Assembly (NCBI GenBank): GCA_963805085.1
Contig: CAWDTA010000004.1
Coordinates: 128,001 to 192,000, forward strand
Direction: 5' to 3'
DNA: 64,000 nucleotides
From: an uncultured Veillonellaceae bacterium
GTDB lineage: Bacteria; Bacillota; Negativicutes; JARBTT01
Made by a program: the position numbers and the translations under genes. The notes beneath the pieces were generated by a model. The model ran no database searches, was not told the origin of the DNA, and saw only the letters and a list, made by a program, of their open reading frames with translations. Positions 46,566-57,545 of this stretch are shown one piece after another; within the stretch, counting starts at the first letter, position 1, and each line of letters begins with the position of its first letter.

Positions 46566-48755
46566 TTATTTTAAATTCAATTTTGCTAAAGCCTCCGCCA
46601 AAGCCGTATTTACAGGTTCATTACTAGTTTTTTGCTGCTCTCTCATATACTGTGCTACTTCACTTTTAGAAACTTTCGTATTATTTTCCTTACTCTTACG
46701 TTTCTGAAACGTAGTCAATTTTTCCCGATAGCCGCAAGCGCAGAAAAATAGCTTTCCTTCACCTTCGCCACGCATTTCTAATTTTTTATGGCAGTTTGGA
46801 CAACGTGCATTCGTTACCGTTGATAAACCTTTGCGATACCCACAGCTTCGATCTTGGCATACGAGCATTTTGCCTTTTTTACCGTTCACTTCTAATAAAA
46901 ACTTACCACATTCCGGACATTTCGTTCTCGTTACATTATCGTGACGGAATCGTTCCTGACTATTTTTGATATTATGCACAACTGTTTGGGCATAATTCTT
47001 AATATCATTGATAAACGTATTTTTTCCAAGCTTACCACTAGCGATACTACTCAAATTTTGTTCCCATTTTGCGGTGAGCGCTGGTTCTTTTAAATCATGC
47101 GGTACCAATTCTAATAGTTGTCTTCCCTTAGCGGTTACAAAGATATCTTTACCTTTTTTCTCGATTAAGAAACTCGCAAATAATTTTTCAATAATATCCG
47201 CCCTAGTTGCAACAGTACCAAGTCCTCCAGTTTCACCAATCGTTTGTTTTAAAGCTTTACTATCATCACTCATATATTTCACCGGATTTTCCATCGCTCC
47301 CAATAACGTTCCTTCATTAAAAGGTGCTGGTGGTTTGGTCATTCCTTGCGAAACATTGAGTTTCATTACTTTTAACTTATCACCTTTTTTAAGGTCTGGC
47401 AAGGTTTGTTCTGCAAGACTATCATTTGCATTTTCTTCTTCAAATACGCCCTGATAAACTTCTTTCCAGCCCATGTTCTTGATATTTTTTCCCTTGGCAA
47501 TAAAGACTTCACCATTCAGATCCACTTTTACTGTGGTTTGTTCATATTCAAACGGTGGATAGAGCACGGCAACAAAACGTTTTACGACCAAATCATAAAT
47601 TTTACGTTCACGATCGGTAAGCGCACTCAAATTTACAAACTGTTCCGTTGGTATAATCGCATGATGATCCGATACTTTACTATCATCAACGAAATGTTTA
47701 CTCGCTTGGATTTGTTTGCTCGCTTGAAATGCTAATTTAGAATACGGTCCGACACTACATGCGCTGAGACGATCTTTTAGTGTTGGCACAATATCCGCTG
47801 AAATATATTTTGAATCCGTTCTTGGATACGTAAGTATCTTATGCGTTTCATAAAGTTTTTGCATCAGCCCCAGTGTTTCTTTGGCTGAAAAAGCAAAAAT
47901 CTTATTTGCATCGCGTTGCAATTCAGTTAAATTATAAAGCTGTGGTGCATAGGATTTTTTTGCCGCCTTCTCTAAGCTTACGACTTCACCAACAGCACCA
48001 GTAATTTTCTTGGCTACGCTATCGATATATTCTTTATCAAAAGAACGCATGTCCCCACTTTTTTTATCCTGCCAAGTTACGGTAAGCTGGTTAAGCTTCG
48101 CCGTCAATCCATAATATGCTTTTGGCACAAAGTTTCTAATCTCATCCTCACGTTTCGCGATAATCGCCAGCGTTGGCGTTTGCACACGACCACAAGATAA
48201 TTGTGCATTAAATTTACAAGTAAGCGCCCGCGTTGCATTGATGCCAACATACCAGTCCGCTTCCGCACGTGCTACTGCCGCTTGATAGAGATTGTCATAG
48301 TCTTTGCCCGCTCTTAATTTTGCAAAGCCTTCTATGATTGCTTTATCAGTAACCGAAGAAATCCATAATCTTTTGATTGGTTTATGAATCATTGCTTTTT
48401 CAATGATCCACCGTGCTACCAATTCTCCTTCGCGTCCAGCATCGGTTGCAATAATGACTTCACTTACATCCTTGCGACGCAGTTGATCCCTTACAACGTT
48501 AAACTGACGACTGGTTTGCTTGATGACCACAAGCTCTAACGCTTTTGGCATAATCGGCAATTCTTCGATCCGCCAAGATTTATTACTTGCCCCATATGCT
48601 TCTGGATCCGCTAATGTCACCAAATGACCAAGCGCCCAAGTGACGATATATTTACTACCTTCAATATAACCATTACCATTTTGTTTCGCTCCGAGCACCC
48701 GTGCTAAATCACGACCAACGGAAGGTTTTTCTGCTAAAACAACTATTTTACTCAT
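46566..48755 (-). CDS. topB: DNA topoisomerase III
   Basis: AEKPS, DAGREGE, GRVQTP, TYPRTD motifs; C-terminal zinc ribbons. Confidence 0.95.
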   Translation of the reverse strand: MSKIVVLAEKPSVGRDLARVLGAKQNGNGYIEGSKYIVTWALGHLVTLADPEAYGASNKSWRIEELPIMPKALELVVIKQTSRQFNVVRDQLRRKDVSEVIIATDAGREGELVARWIIEKAMIHKPIKRLWISSVTDKAIIEGFAKLRAGKDYDNLYQAAVARAEADWYVGINATRALTCKFNAQLSCGRVQTPTLAIIAKREDEIRNFVPKAYYGLTAKLNQLTVTWQDKKSGDMRSFDKEYIDSVAKKITGAVGEVVSLEKAAKKSYAPQLYNLTELQRDANKIFAFSAKETLGLMQKLYETHKILTYPRTDSKYISADIVPTLKDRLSACSVGPYSKLAFQASKQIQASKHFVDDSKVSDHHAIIPTEQFVNLSALTDRERKIYDLVVKRFVAVLYPPFEYEQTTVKVDLNGEVFIAKGKNIKNMGWKEVYQGVFEEENANDSLAEQTLPDLKKGDKLKVMKLNVSQGMTKPPAPFNEGTLLGAMENPVKYMSDDSKALKQTIGETGGLGTVATRADIIEKLFASFLIEKKGKDIFVTAKGRQLLELVPHDLKEPALTAKWEQNLSSIASGKLGKNTFINDIKNYAQTVVHNIKNSQERFRHDNVTRTKCPECGKFLLEVNGKKGKMLVCQDRSCGYRKGLSTVTNARCPNCHKKLEMRGEGEGKLFFCACGYREKLTTFQKRKSKENNTKVSKSEVAQYMREQQKTSNEPVNTALAEALAKLNLK

Positions 48756-48832
48756 AATTATTATTTTACCTCACAAATATTTGATATTCATTTATAAATT
48801 TAAAAACAAAGACTTATGCAACGCACAAGTCT

Positions 48833-49074
48833 CAGCTTGTAGACATACTATGGACAGACAGGCCGCCGGCAGGCGATAAGCACCCATCTACGCCCTCCGA
48901 CAAGGTGCTGCTCGTCGACGTACAAAAGTACGACTCCTTCTCAACTCCTTGCTGCGCCTGGCATCTGAGCACTTCTCGCCAACCGGCAATCTATCTTCGT
49001 ACTAGTTTATAATTGGTACCAATTTAAATGTTTCTATTTATTAATGTAAATATTTCTACTTTGTCGACAATTTG
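48833..49074. mobile_element. MITE with IS1182-like ends carrying hairpin element copy E (48865-48987)
   Basis: ends CAGCTTGTAGACA / TGTCGACAATTTG; flanked by a degenerate 23-bp direct repeat (48810-48832, 49075-49097) that is itself a hairpin. Confidence 0.7.
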
Positions 49075-49105
49075 AGACTCATGCTATGCATAAGCCTATT
49101 CTTTG

Positions 49106-49429
49106 TTATACTACATTTTTTAATAACCAAAATACAACCATACCAGTTACGATACTTTTCCCCAAAGACTTCGTTTTTAGCGAGACTGCCAAAACAATCA
49201 AAGACGCTATTAAATTAATATTCCCTAAACTCAAATTGAGTTTATTACCATCAATAAAAATTTCCGAAAATACCAACGCCCCAAACACTGATGTTGGCAC
49301 ATACGTTAACCACCGCTCTACAATCGGTGATAAGGTTGTTTTAGCAAGCAAAAAAGGCGGAACTACCCGCGGAATATATGAAACAACAAACATTCCTAAA
49401 ATACAATACATAACTTCCATACTAGTCAT
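49106..49429 (-). CDS. azlD: AzlD family protein
   Basis: GMFVVSYIPRVVP and LTYVPTSV motifs; overlaps azlC stop. Confidence 0.85.
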   Translation of the reverse strand: MTSMEVMYCILGMFVVSYIPRVVPPFLLAKTTLSPIVERWLTYVPTSVFGALVFSEIFIDGNKLNLSLGNINLIASLIVLAVSLKTKSLGKSIVTGMVVFWLLKNVV

Positions 49430-50108
49430 CTTTCGTGCCCCCTTCAATCATACAGCCAAGCGTAGCTGCAATGATGGTTGCTACAACAATATGTAATTTA
49501 TGCGTTAAAAATCCCGATAAAAACAGTGCCAGGACCCCTGATACTACTCCAATGATGATCTTTAGATTGTTCTCAAAATGATATGTCCAAAGCCCGATAA
49601 ACATAGCCGTCAATGTATACCCTACCACCGCAATATCAACAGGCAACACGTTACCCACGATATTTCCAAGCATCGTACTCAAAACCCAACAGCCATGCGC
49701 TAAAATATTTAGTGCCAAGGCACGATTGGCATCCCACTCGCCAGCACTAAATTCACTTAAATTCACGGCAAAGGTTTCATCAACAATTCCCTGCGTAAAA
49801 AAGCTAAAATATTTTTTTGACTGCCCCATTAAATATGCCGTTAATGTCGAACTATATAAAGTATGCCGTAAATTTACTATGAATGTCGTCAGCACAATCG
49901 AAGAAATAGATGCACCTCCACCAATCATGGAAAGCGCAATGAACTGCCCACTGCCCGCGAAAACAAGCACCGACATCATTGCCGTTTCCCACACACTTAC
50001 CCCGACCTTTTGTGCAAGTACCCCACAAGCAAAACCTAGTGGAAGATAACCAACACAGATCGGAAAAACTGCTTTTAAAACTTCTTTACTATATAAATTG
50101 CGTAAAAT
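49422..50108 (-). CDS. azlC: AzlC family branched-chain amino acid exporter
   Basis: PICVGYLPLG, FAGSGQF, VNLRH, DETFA motifs; homology extends 38 codons upstream of the called GTG to an ATT. Confidence 0.88.
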   Translation of the reverse strand: MLRNLYSKEVLKAVFPICVGYLPLGFACGVLAQKVGVSVWETAMMSVLVFAGSGQFIALSMIGGGASISSIVLTTFIVNLRHTLYSSTLTAYLMGQSKKYFSFFTQGIVDETFAVNLSEFSAGEWDANRALALNILAHGCWVLSTMLGNIVGNVLPVDIAVVGYTLTAMFIGLWTYHFENNLKIIIGVVSGVLALFLSGFLTHKLHIVVATIIAATLGCMIEGGTKDD

Positions 50109-50251
50109 ATTAACACCTTCTATTATTAAGCTAAATAAAGATTTTTCCTAACTTATTCGATGCACTATGTATACTGTCTGTTTATTATATCCGTTAGGTA
50201 CAAATTTTTCAATATCTTCCTTAAATTAATTGGAAATTTAGGACAAATCAC

Positions 50252-50277
50252 GACAAGGTGGCGGTTATTTTTGTCTT
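50252..50277 (+). repeat. REP-like repeat, left of tyrosine transposase
   Basis: GACAAGGTGGCGGTTATTTTTGTCTT; 24/26 identical to the reverse complement of 51079-51104. Confidence 0.85.
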
Positions 50278-51028
50278 ATTTTGTTATTTTATTTATCTTA
50301 TCCTTATTAATTCCCGTGATCTCTGCCAACTTTCTTAGTGGCAAATTTGTTTTCTCTTTAAATTTTTTCAGTTTCTCTTCTAAGCTTTCTTCACTTTTTG
50401 CAAGCTCATTCCATAACTTTATTGCTTGGCTTTCTTCCATTTGATTTGCTTTTTCATCTATTTCAATAAATTTATCTTCTTCTTTCATCTTTGTGAATTT
50501 GATAAACTCTTCTCTTTCTTCCTTTTTCTCTTCTGAAAATATTCCGAGAACTAGTTCTTTATCTATTGCTTTTGCTAAAACAGTATCTTCTTCTATATAG
50601 GCCTTATAACTACTCCATTTATATTTTTCTACTCTTTTCACTATGCCTGCTTTGACTGGGTTTTTATGAATATACCTTGTTGCCATTAATAGATAGCTAT
50701 CATCTTCTATTTTTTCGCTTCTATATCTATCTTGAAATAGGTGGCCTGTCTTCTTATATTTCTTATTAAAATAAAAGACATAGCTAACATTGATTCGTTT
50801 CATTATATTAGCTATGTATTCTTCTCTTTCTTGCAATAGTAAATGGGCATGATTATCCATTATGCAAAATGCTATAAGACCATATCTGTTATTTTCTTTT
50901 TTCGTTTTTAGTATTTCTATAAAGTACATTTTATCTTGGCCATCCATGAATATATCTTTTCGAGCGTTACCTCTTATCATTATATGGTTATATCCTGTAT
51001 TACTTTTATCTCTTTGTTGTATTGGCAT
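50276..51028 (-). mobile_element. REP-associated tyrosine transposase (RAYT, Y1/HUH) with C-terminal HTH
   Basis: HIMIRGN, HUH motif MDNHAHLL, GHLFQDRY, catalytic YIHKNPVKAG, YKWSSY; ORF intact. Confidence 0.92.
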
Positions 51029-51078
51029 GATAATCCGCTCCTTTTTCTCTCAGATTATCATGCCAAATTAATTTAGTC

Positions 51079-51104
51079 AAGACAAAAAGAACCGTCACCT
51101 TGTC
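51079..51104 (-). repeat. REP-like repeat, right of tyrosine transposase
   Basis: AAGACAAAAAGAACCGTCACCTTGTC, inverted copy of 50252-50277. Confidence 0.85.
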
Positions 51105-51114
51105 TTAAAAAAAA

Positions 51115-51315
51115 CAGATTTTAGAGCTGGATAGGATTCGTGTACCCATTTTTAAGTGGAAATGAAGAAGATTTTTGCTTTTTAGGCAGGTACTTTATCC
51201 TCCCTCTTAGCACCCCGCATTTTGACGATGCACCGAGAGTTTCTACCCAGTCTTTTGGTCAGTTACCGGGATAGGACTTTCATTCACAAGTATAATCCAG
51301 CTTCGCTGGACAAGC
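51115..51315 (-). mobile_element. probable 5' (domain I) fragment of a group II intron, no RT ORF
   Basis: minus strand GCTTGTCCAGCGAAGCTGG...TGAAAGTCC...GTAGAAACTC...GCATCG...ATGCGGGGTG resembles bacterial group II intron 5' ends; recognised from memory only. Confidence 0.55.
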
Positions 51316-51331
51316 GGTATTCAAAAGGGCA

Positions 51332-54195
51332 TTAACGAATAGTTACCGTTTCATCTAACGAATACATTTTTTTGCAGAATGTGGAAATTTTATTACAAGT
51401 TTTAGGATCAAGCAACAACATCATGTGACTAGAAGAATCTACATCTATTATATTAAAATTTGGAAGTTGTTGTTCCCATTCCCCCCAATATTTTGTATGA
51501 TCAAGTAAAATTTTGTCTTCTGCATTTGCTACAAATTCACCAAAGAAGACTCCGTTCTTATTACGAAAATAATAACAAGTTACTGTTTGAGGGTAGGTTA
51601 ACGGTAAGATGCTAAAGTGATTGAGTTTATATGCCTGCTGAACTTTTACATTATTTTGAATCCGTTCGCGTAATAGAGCTTCCGTTTTGGCTAATCCACG
51701 TGCTTTGGCAAGTATAACCACTTGCTGCAAAAAAAATTCATCATCTGCATTCAAATCCACTTCCTCTTGACGGATTATTATTTGTGCCGATTTTTCCGGT
51801 TCTTGCCGGATCATAGGCATGAGCTCCATGTTAACTGCTTGTAAAATCAAATCTTTAGGAAATAAATTTACTTTCCTCATGCCAATACTATCTGGTGAAT
51901 CCAGCATAACAATCGTATTGACATTTTGTCCTACCCCTTGCAATTGGCGTGTAATTTCATATGCTAGAGCTCCACCCAGAGAAAAACCACCTAAATCATA
52001 TGGTCCCTCTAATTGTACTGATTGAATTATATGAACGTAATAAGAAGCCATTGCCTGAATTCCTTCTAAAGGAGAACCACCGGTCATCCACCCTCGTGCT
52101 TGTATACCATAGAAAGGGCGCTGACTTTTCTGGGCAATGCTTTGATATCCTTCAACTCCACCGCCCCCTCCATGAAGCCAAAATACAGGCCGTCCTTGAG
52201 AAACCTGATTAAGGTGTATCAGCTCTGGGAACTGAGACCAATTGTTTCTATTTAAATCTGGTTCTAAACTAATTCTCTTCTCTGTGTAAGATTTATTGTT
52301 ATTTTCCTTATCGGCTATATATTTTTCTTCCTTGGCAGAATACATTGCTTTAGGAACAGGATAAAGTTGTTTTTGAAAACAATATGTTGGTAACGATATA
52401 CGATAAACATTATATGAATGAAAGAATGTTTTCCAAGAAATATTTGAGCCTTGTACCCATAATTTTGCTAATTTATGCCATGAATGATTGTTCAAATAGC
52501 TTTGAACCTGAGCCGCCTCACAGTTTTCATTCATCGTATTAGCATCCACATTAGCAGTTGAAATAATATCGGCAGATATTTCACTGTTTAAAAATTGTCG
52601 AAATTGTTTAACTAATGTTTTAAGATTATCGGTTATAAATACTACTCGTTCAGAAAACGCTACTCTACCAATGCAAAGTGTAAACATTATATTGGACAAA
52701 GTATAATTAGTCTCCCATTGTGCATCAAGATTTTGATACCTTTCAATGAATTCGATATAGTTTTCGATAGTTCGCTGAAGCTGATAGTTTGTTTTGGACG
52801 ATAATGGAATAAAATAAGAATCTAATTTTTGTTCCTCGGTATTCTCTACAATATGTTCTTCCAAAATAAGATGCCCATTGTTACCGCCGTTATCAATGGA
52901 TGATATCATTGCCCGACGCGGCATTGAAAACTGTTTATTATTAACCGTTAGAACAGGTGGTATCCATTCTGTTGTTGATGTTTGAAAATAGAACGGGGAA
53001 TCTTTTATATTTATATTTGATCCTATTTTGGGCAAATTAATTAACGGAATAAACATTTTCGTTTTAAACTGCAGCAATACTTTTGTTAATTGTAGTAATG
53101 TAGATACGGCTTCACCATGTCCAATAATAGATTGTACTGACCCAATCGGACAAAATTGCTTTTCATTAGTGAACTGATTAAACGCTAATATTAAACCTTC
53201 AAATTCAGCAACATCACTTATAGATGATCCATTGGATGCTGCTTCCATATAATTTATGGTTGCTGGATGTATCCCTGCTTTTTTAAAATTAGTTTGAATA
53301 AGTTTAGCTTGCTGTTTTGGATCGGGGACCATAAACTTTGGCGGATTTTCTTCATGACAAATATGACAGGATTTAATAACTGCATAAATATGATCCTTGT
53401 CTAGTAAAGCCTGTTGTAGTGGTTTCAGCAAAATGGATACAACTCCTTCAGCTAACACCCGGTCATCGTCTGATCAGTGCATAGGTTCGGATCAAGAATA
53501 TTTGCTCCAATAACTAATGCCGTTTGGCATTCTTTTCGCATTAAGCTTTGACCTGCCAAGTGAATCGCCGTTAAGGAAGAACAAGCACCCTCACTTACAA
53601 TTAAAGCTGGACCTTGAAAATTAAAAAAATCGGCTATTCTATCATTTAATATATGGGAATGGTTTGTAGTTTGATATTTACTAGGTGTTATCCCAGTAAA
53701 TATTCCTACTGAATTGCCTAATTCTTCAAAAGTATAACCTGCATCTTCAATACAAGACCACACTGTTTCTAACGCAAGACACTCTCGATGATCCATAATA
53801 GATATTTCATCAGAAGTTAAATCAAAAAAAGATGCATCAAATGTATCATGCGCTTAAAAAAAAGTGCCAAATTTATAACACTTTTTATGAAGATATAAAG
53901 AATCATTAGTTGGAAAATCATGGTGTTCATCACAGTACCATTGGTGCTCCAGAATTTTCTTGATAAATTTTGTTCCTTGTTTAAGTTTCAGCCAAAACTC
54001 ATAGTGATTATCTGCCTGTGGATACCGTCCATTCAAACCAATAATAGCGATATCATACTGTTGAATCTTTTTTGTTTCCTCAAATTCTAACTTCTCAGTC
54101 CTCGTTTGAGTAACTGCTTCATATAAAGATTGTTGTTGTTCTTCTGTTAATAGTGCTACTAGATCCTTTAAATTTTGTCTAGACATGATTAACAA
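51332..54195 (-). pseudogene. decayed trans-AT-type PKS terminal protein (non-elongating KS, flanking subdomain, thioesterase)
   Basis: DIAIIGLNGRYP, FDASFF, ACSS, EAASNGS, IGHGEA, LPTYCF, TE GFSLG; in-frame TAA at 53854-53856 and frameshift near 53460. Confidence 0.85.
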
Positions 54196-54312
54196 TTACC
54201 TCCATACTTTGTTAAAAAATTCATTCAGCTTATCATAAATAATTCTGTTCATCTTAGCATGGTAAACCCAATGAAATCGCAAAAATGATTGCTCTTCATA
54301 ATTATAAAGATA

Positions 54313-54362
54313 TCATGATATGATGCTGCATCAACCAATTAGGATACAGCATCATATCATGA
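54313..54362. repeat. 20-bp-arm inverted repeat
   Basis: TCATGATATGATGCTGCATC-N10-GATACAGCATCATATCATGA, 19/20 paired. Confidence 0.8.
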
Positions 54363-54495
54363 CTAACATTATTATATAAGCCATTTTTGTTGACCCGCTT
54401 GCGGCTCTTACGCAAATGATAAATTGTAGTTTTCCGGGGTGATAATCCCGCGATTTTTAATGATGCTTAGCAAATAGTCTGTGAACAATGGTTTC

Positions 54496-55740
54496 CTATT
54501 CATTTGAACTACCTCTGAAAGCTACTAAATACATTATAATAGATAAAATAATGAGGATAGCTGAAACGTTGTATATGTAAATAAATCCAAACACTTGTGC
54601 CACACTGCCCCAAAGAACAGAGCCAACCATTATTCCTAAGTCCATTGCACATAGATATGTTGCATTAGCCATTCCTCGTCTTTCCGCAGGTGCAAAAGAT
54701 ATAACTAATGCATTTAGGGTTGGCTGAACTACACCGAAACCAATGCCATAAATTACAGCAACGATAAGAAATATTGGCAACGAAGGAGCTACAGACAACA
54801 GCTTCAGGGCAATTGCTAATAAAAGCATGCCAGAAACCACTATTTTGGAGCTTCCATGTCGGTCAGCAAATCGACCAAATGTTAACCTGACAAATATTGT
54901 AGCCAGTGAACTAACTATAAAAAATATTCCAATATTTGCTATACCTTTCTCATTCGCATATGCAGGTAAGAAGACTCCTACGGTGGAGTAAGTCATCATA
55001 ACGATAAAAAATAAAAAAGATGGCCACATTGCTGTTTTTTCAAAAACCAATATCTTGTTTTTTTGCCCTGCTTTATGTTCAATTTTTTTAATAAGTGGAG
55101 GCTCTGTACTTATTTGATTAAGGTAGCGATTTTGCCATAAACTAGTAAGTAATGCTAATACAATGAAGAAAGCTGAAAGAAGAAAAAGTAATATATAATT
55201 ATAATGCTCCAATACGTATAATCCTAAGCCAGGACCGAGAGCTATAGCAACTGAGTTTGATATTCCAAAAAAGCCCATTCCTTCAGTTCTGCGGCTGGCT
55301 GGAATCAGATCAGAGGCTATGGTACTGACTGACGTGGTGGTTGCACTCCAACTTATTCCGTGTATCGCTCTCAGTATTAACAGCAGAATAACTGAATATG
55401 CCACCGCATTGTAAGAGAGCGTTGCCAGCAGCAGCACAGTCAGACTCGTAAGCATAATTGACTTTCTTCCTTTTTGATCTAGCAGACCTCCAATCTTTGG
55501 ACGAGCTATGAAACCGGTTAAATAATAAATACCGGATACTAGCCCCGCCATTATTTTGTTTTCCCCAATGTTTAAAACATGTAAAGGTAAAGTTGACAGT
55601 AACATAAAATTTCCCAGATAGGCAAGGAAATTCACCAGTATGGTAAAAACAAAAGCTGTCGACCATAAGTTCTCCTGAACACCTGCCTCCTGATTTGCTA
55701 TAAGCATTCCTTTCAAAACGATCATCCTCCCTATAAGCAC
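54496..55740 (-). CDS. MFS transporter
   Basis: 12-TM pattern, GGLLDQKGRK and GRFADRHG motif A, RAIHG motif B; start uncertain. Confidence 0.92.
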   Translation of the reverse strand: MLIGRMIVLKGMLIANQEAGVQENLWSTAFVFTILVNFLAYLGNFMLLSTLPLHVLNIGENKIMAGLVSGIYYLTGFIARPKIGGLLDQKGRKSIMLTSLTVLLLATLSYNAVAYSVILLLILRAIHGISWSATTTSVSTIASDLIPASRRTEGMGFFGISNSVAIALGPGLGLYVLEHYNYILLFLLSAFFIVLALLTSLWQNRYLNQISTEPPLIKKIEHKAGQKNKILVFEKTAMWPSFLFFIVMMTYSTVGVFLPAYANEKGIANIGIFFIVSSLATIFVRLTFGRFADRHGSSKIVVSGMLLLAIALKLLSVAPSLPIFLIVAVIYGIGFGVVQPTLNALVISFAPAERRGMANATYLCAMDLGIMVGSVLWGSVAQVFGFIYIYNVSAILIILSIIMYLVAFRGSSNE

Positions 55741-55938
55741 TATACCTTCAGGAATATTGCAGACTTAATTCTTAGTATTCCTACTGGTTTAATAGTGATT
55801 AATTTACAGTTTTATACTATTCTTACTTAAATAATTTGTCAAGCTTAATAATAGTGGTTACTTCCACTTGGCATGTTGTGATTTCAGTGCAACTTTCTTT
55901 AAGGAAGAGACCTGTGGGTTAAGGATTCTAACTTATTA

Positions 55939-56440
55939 CTAAAAGAGAAAATCGTCTGAGGTCAATTTTATGTCTTTACCCTTTTCTCTAGCAATACGAA
56001 GTAATTGTTCTGTTTTTGTTTCCGGAGAAATATGTAAAACTGATCGGCGTAACATGGTCCGGGCACTATTAGGGCAGGCAGTGGCGCATAGACCACAACC
56101 GATGCACATTTGCTCATTAAACTCCGGCGCTTCTTTTCCGTTGCCCACGCTGCTCATACTAATGGCATTCATAGGGCATTTTTTAGTGCATTCACCACAT
56201 CCTTTGCAACGATTCAGATCAATAGACGGAATGAAATTGCTGGGGTGTGTACCTAATACTCCAGATTGCCTGGATGCACCAAAAACTTCACAACAGCAGC
56301 TACAACAGTGACACATGAACACTGGTTGATTAAGTACATTGTCAACTTGGTGAACTAAACCAAATTTTTCAGTTTGATCCAACAACTGTAACATTTCGTC
56401 CACAGTAGCCGGCTTACCTCCCCCCCCCGTCGCGCGCACC
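55939..56440 (-). pseudogene. 3' fragment of a 4Fe-4S dicluster protein, truncated by IS3
   Basis: CHCCSCCC and two CxxCxxCxxxCP motifs; N-terminus of the called ORF is antisense IS3 sequence. Confidence 0.8.
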
Positions 56441-56454
56441 ATTGCCCAAATTCG

Positions 56455-57220
56455 CCTAGACTCTGTGGACAATTGCGTAAAAACAAGGTAGTTGTGAACA
56501 AGAAAAAAGTACAACGCATTGTACAAAAACTTGGCATTCAAGTAACTTCATTTACACGTAAGAGCAGAAAGTATAATTCTTACAAGGGAAGAATCGGAAA
56601 AATTGCACCAAATAGACTTCACCGACGTTTTAATACAAATGTTGTTCATCAAAAAATCACAACAGATACATCTGAGTTTAAGTATTATGAAATTGATGAT
56701 AAAGGAAGAGTGATAATTAAAAAGCTTTATCTTGATCCATTCATGGATCTTTGCAATTGAGAAATCATAAGTTATGGTATTTCGCAGAGTTCTTCGGCTG
56801 AAAACATCATGAAAGCATTAAATGATGCTATAGATATGACTTCAGACTGTAAATACAGAAGAACGTTTCATTCTGATCAAGGATGGGCTTACCAGATGAA
56901 AGCTTATTCACATACATTAAAAGCTAATAGAATATATCAAAGTATGTCGCGCAAAGGAAACTGTTATGATAATTCTGTAATGGAAAACTTCTTTGGAATT
57001 ATGAAACAGGAAATGTATTACGGAGTTGTTTATCATAGCTATAATGAATTGAAATCTGCGATTGAAAAATACATAAAATATTATAATGAACAAAGAATCA
57101 AGCAAAATCTAGGATGGATGAGTCCTGTTGAATATAGACTCAATCTCCTAGCTGCATAAAGAAATAGCGTAACAGCTAAAACTGCTACGCTATAAAGTCT
57201 AACTTATAGGGGTCACCTCA
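56455..57220 (+). mobile_element. IS3-family (IS150-like) remnant, orfB with nonsense codon
   Basis: TDTSEF, HSDQG, MSRKGNCYDN, ENFFG, YYN motifs; in-frame TGA at 56758; right end ...GGGGTCACCTCA. Confidence 0.9.
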
Positions 57221-57233
57221 GCTCTCTAATCTG

Positions 57234-57545
57234 TGAAATGGACCCTTCGTCAAGGACAATTTGAAAAAGAGCCTATGCAATATTAAGAAGATGATTTCTG
57301 TATTGAACAGGAGTCATCTTTTTTAAATTCCATTGGTATCTATAATTATTGTAGTAAATCATGTATTGCTTTATTTCATTTTTTAACTGTTCTAACGTAT
57401 CACATTTTTTTATATAAGCTTCATCTTTGAAATTACCAAAGAAAGATTCCTGTGGTGCATTATCCCAGCAATTTCCTCTCCTTGACATAGACTGACCCAA
57501 TCCAACTTTTTTAACCAATTTCTGAAATATAGGGCTGGTATAATC
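57234..57545 (-). mobile_element. IS3-family 3' fragment
   Basis: SMSRRGNCWDNAPQESFFG; end TGAAATGGACCC. Confidence 0.88.

Noticed and set aside
46566-48755. topB as a marker of a conjugative element
   Set aside because: Chromosomal-type TopB among housekeeping genes, with no conjugation genes nearby
54385-54460. Possible IS200/IS605 end or omega-RNA
   Set aside because: Only a GTCAAC and short hairpins are present, with no tnpB/iscB ORF adjacent
56420-56428. C9 homopolymer as a phase-variation tract
   Set aside because: It lies at the broken junction of a truncated Fe-S gene and an IS3 remnant, with no intact gene to switch
56758-56760. In-frame TGA in IS3 orfB (and TAA in the PKS) as recoding or selenocysteine
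   Set aside because: No SECIS-like hairpin, and both lie in otherwise decayed elements; simple nonsense mutations are more likely
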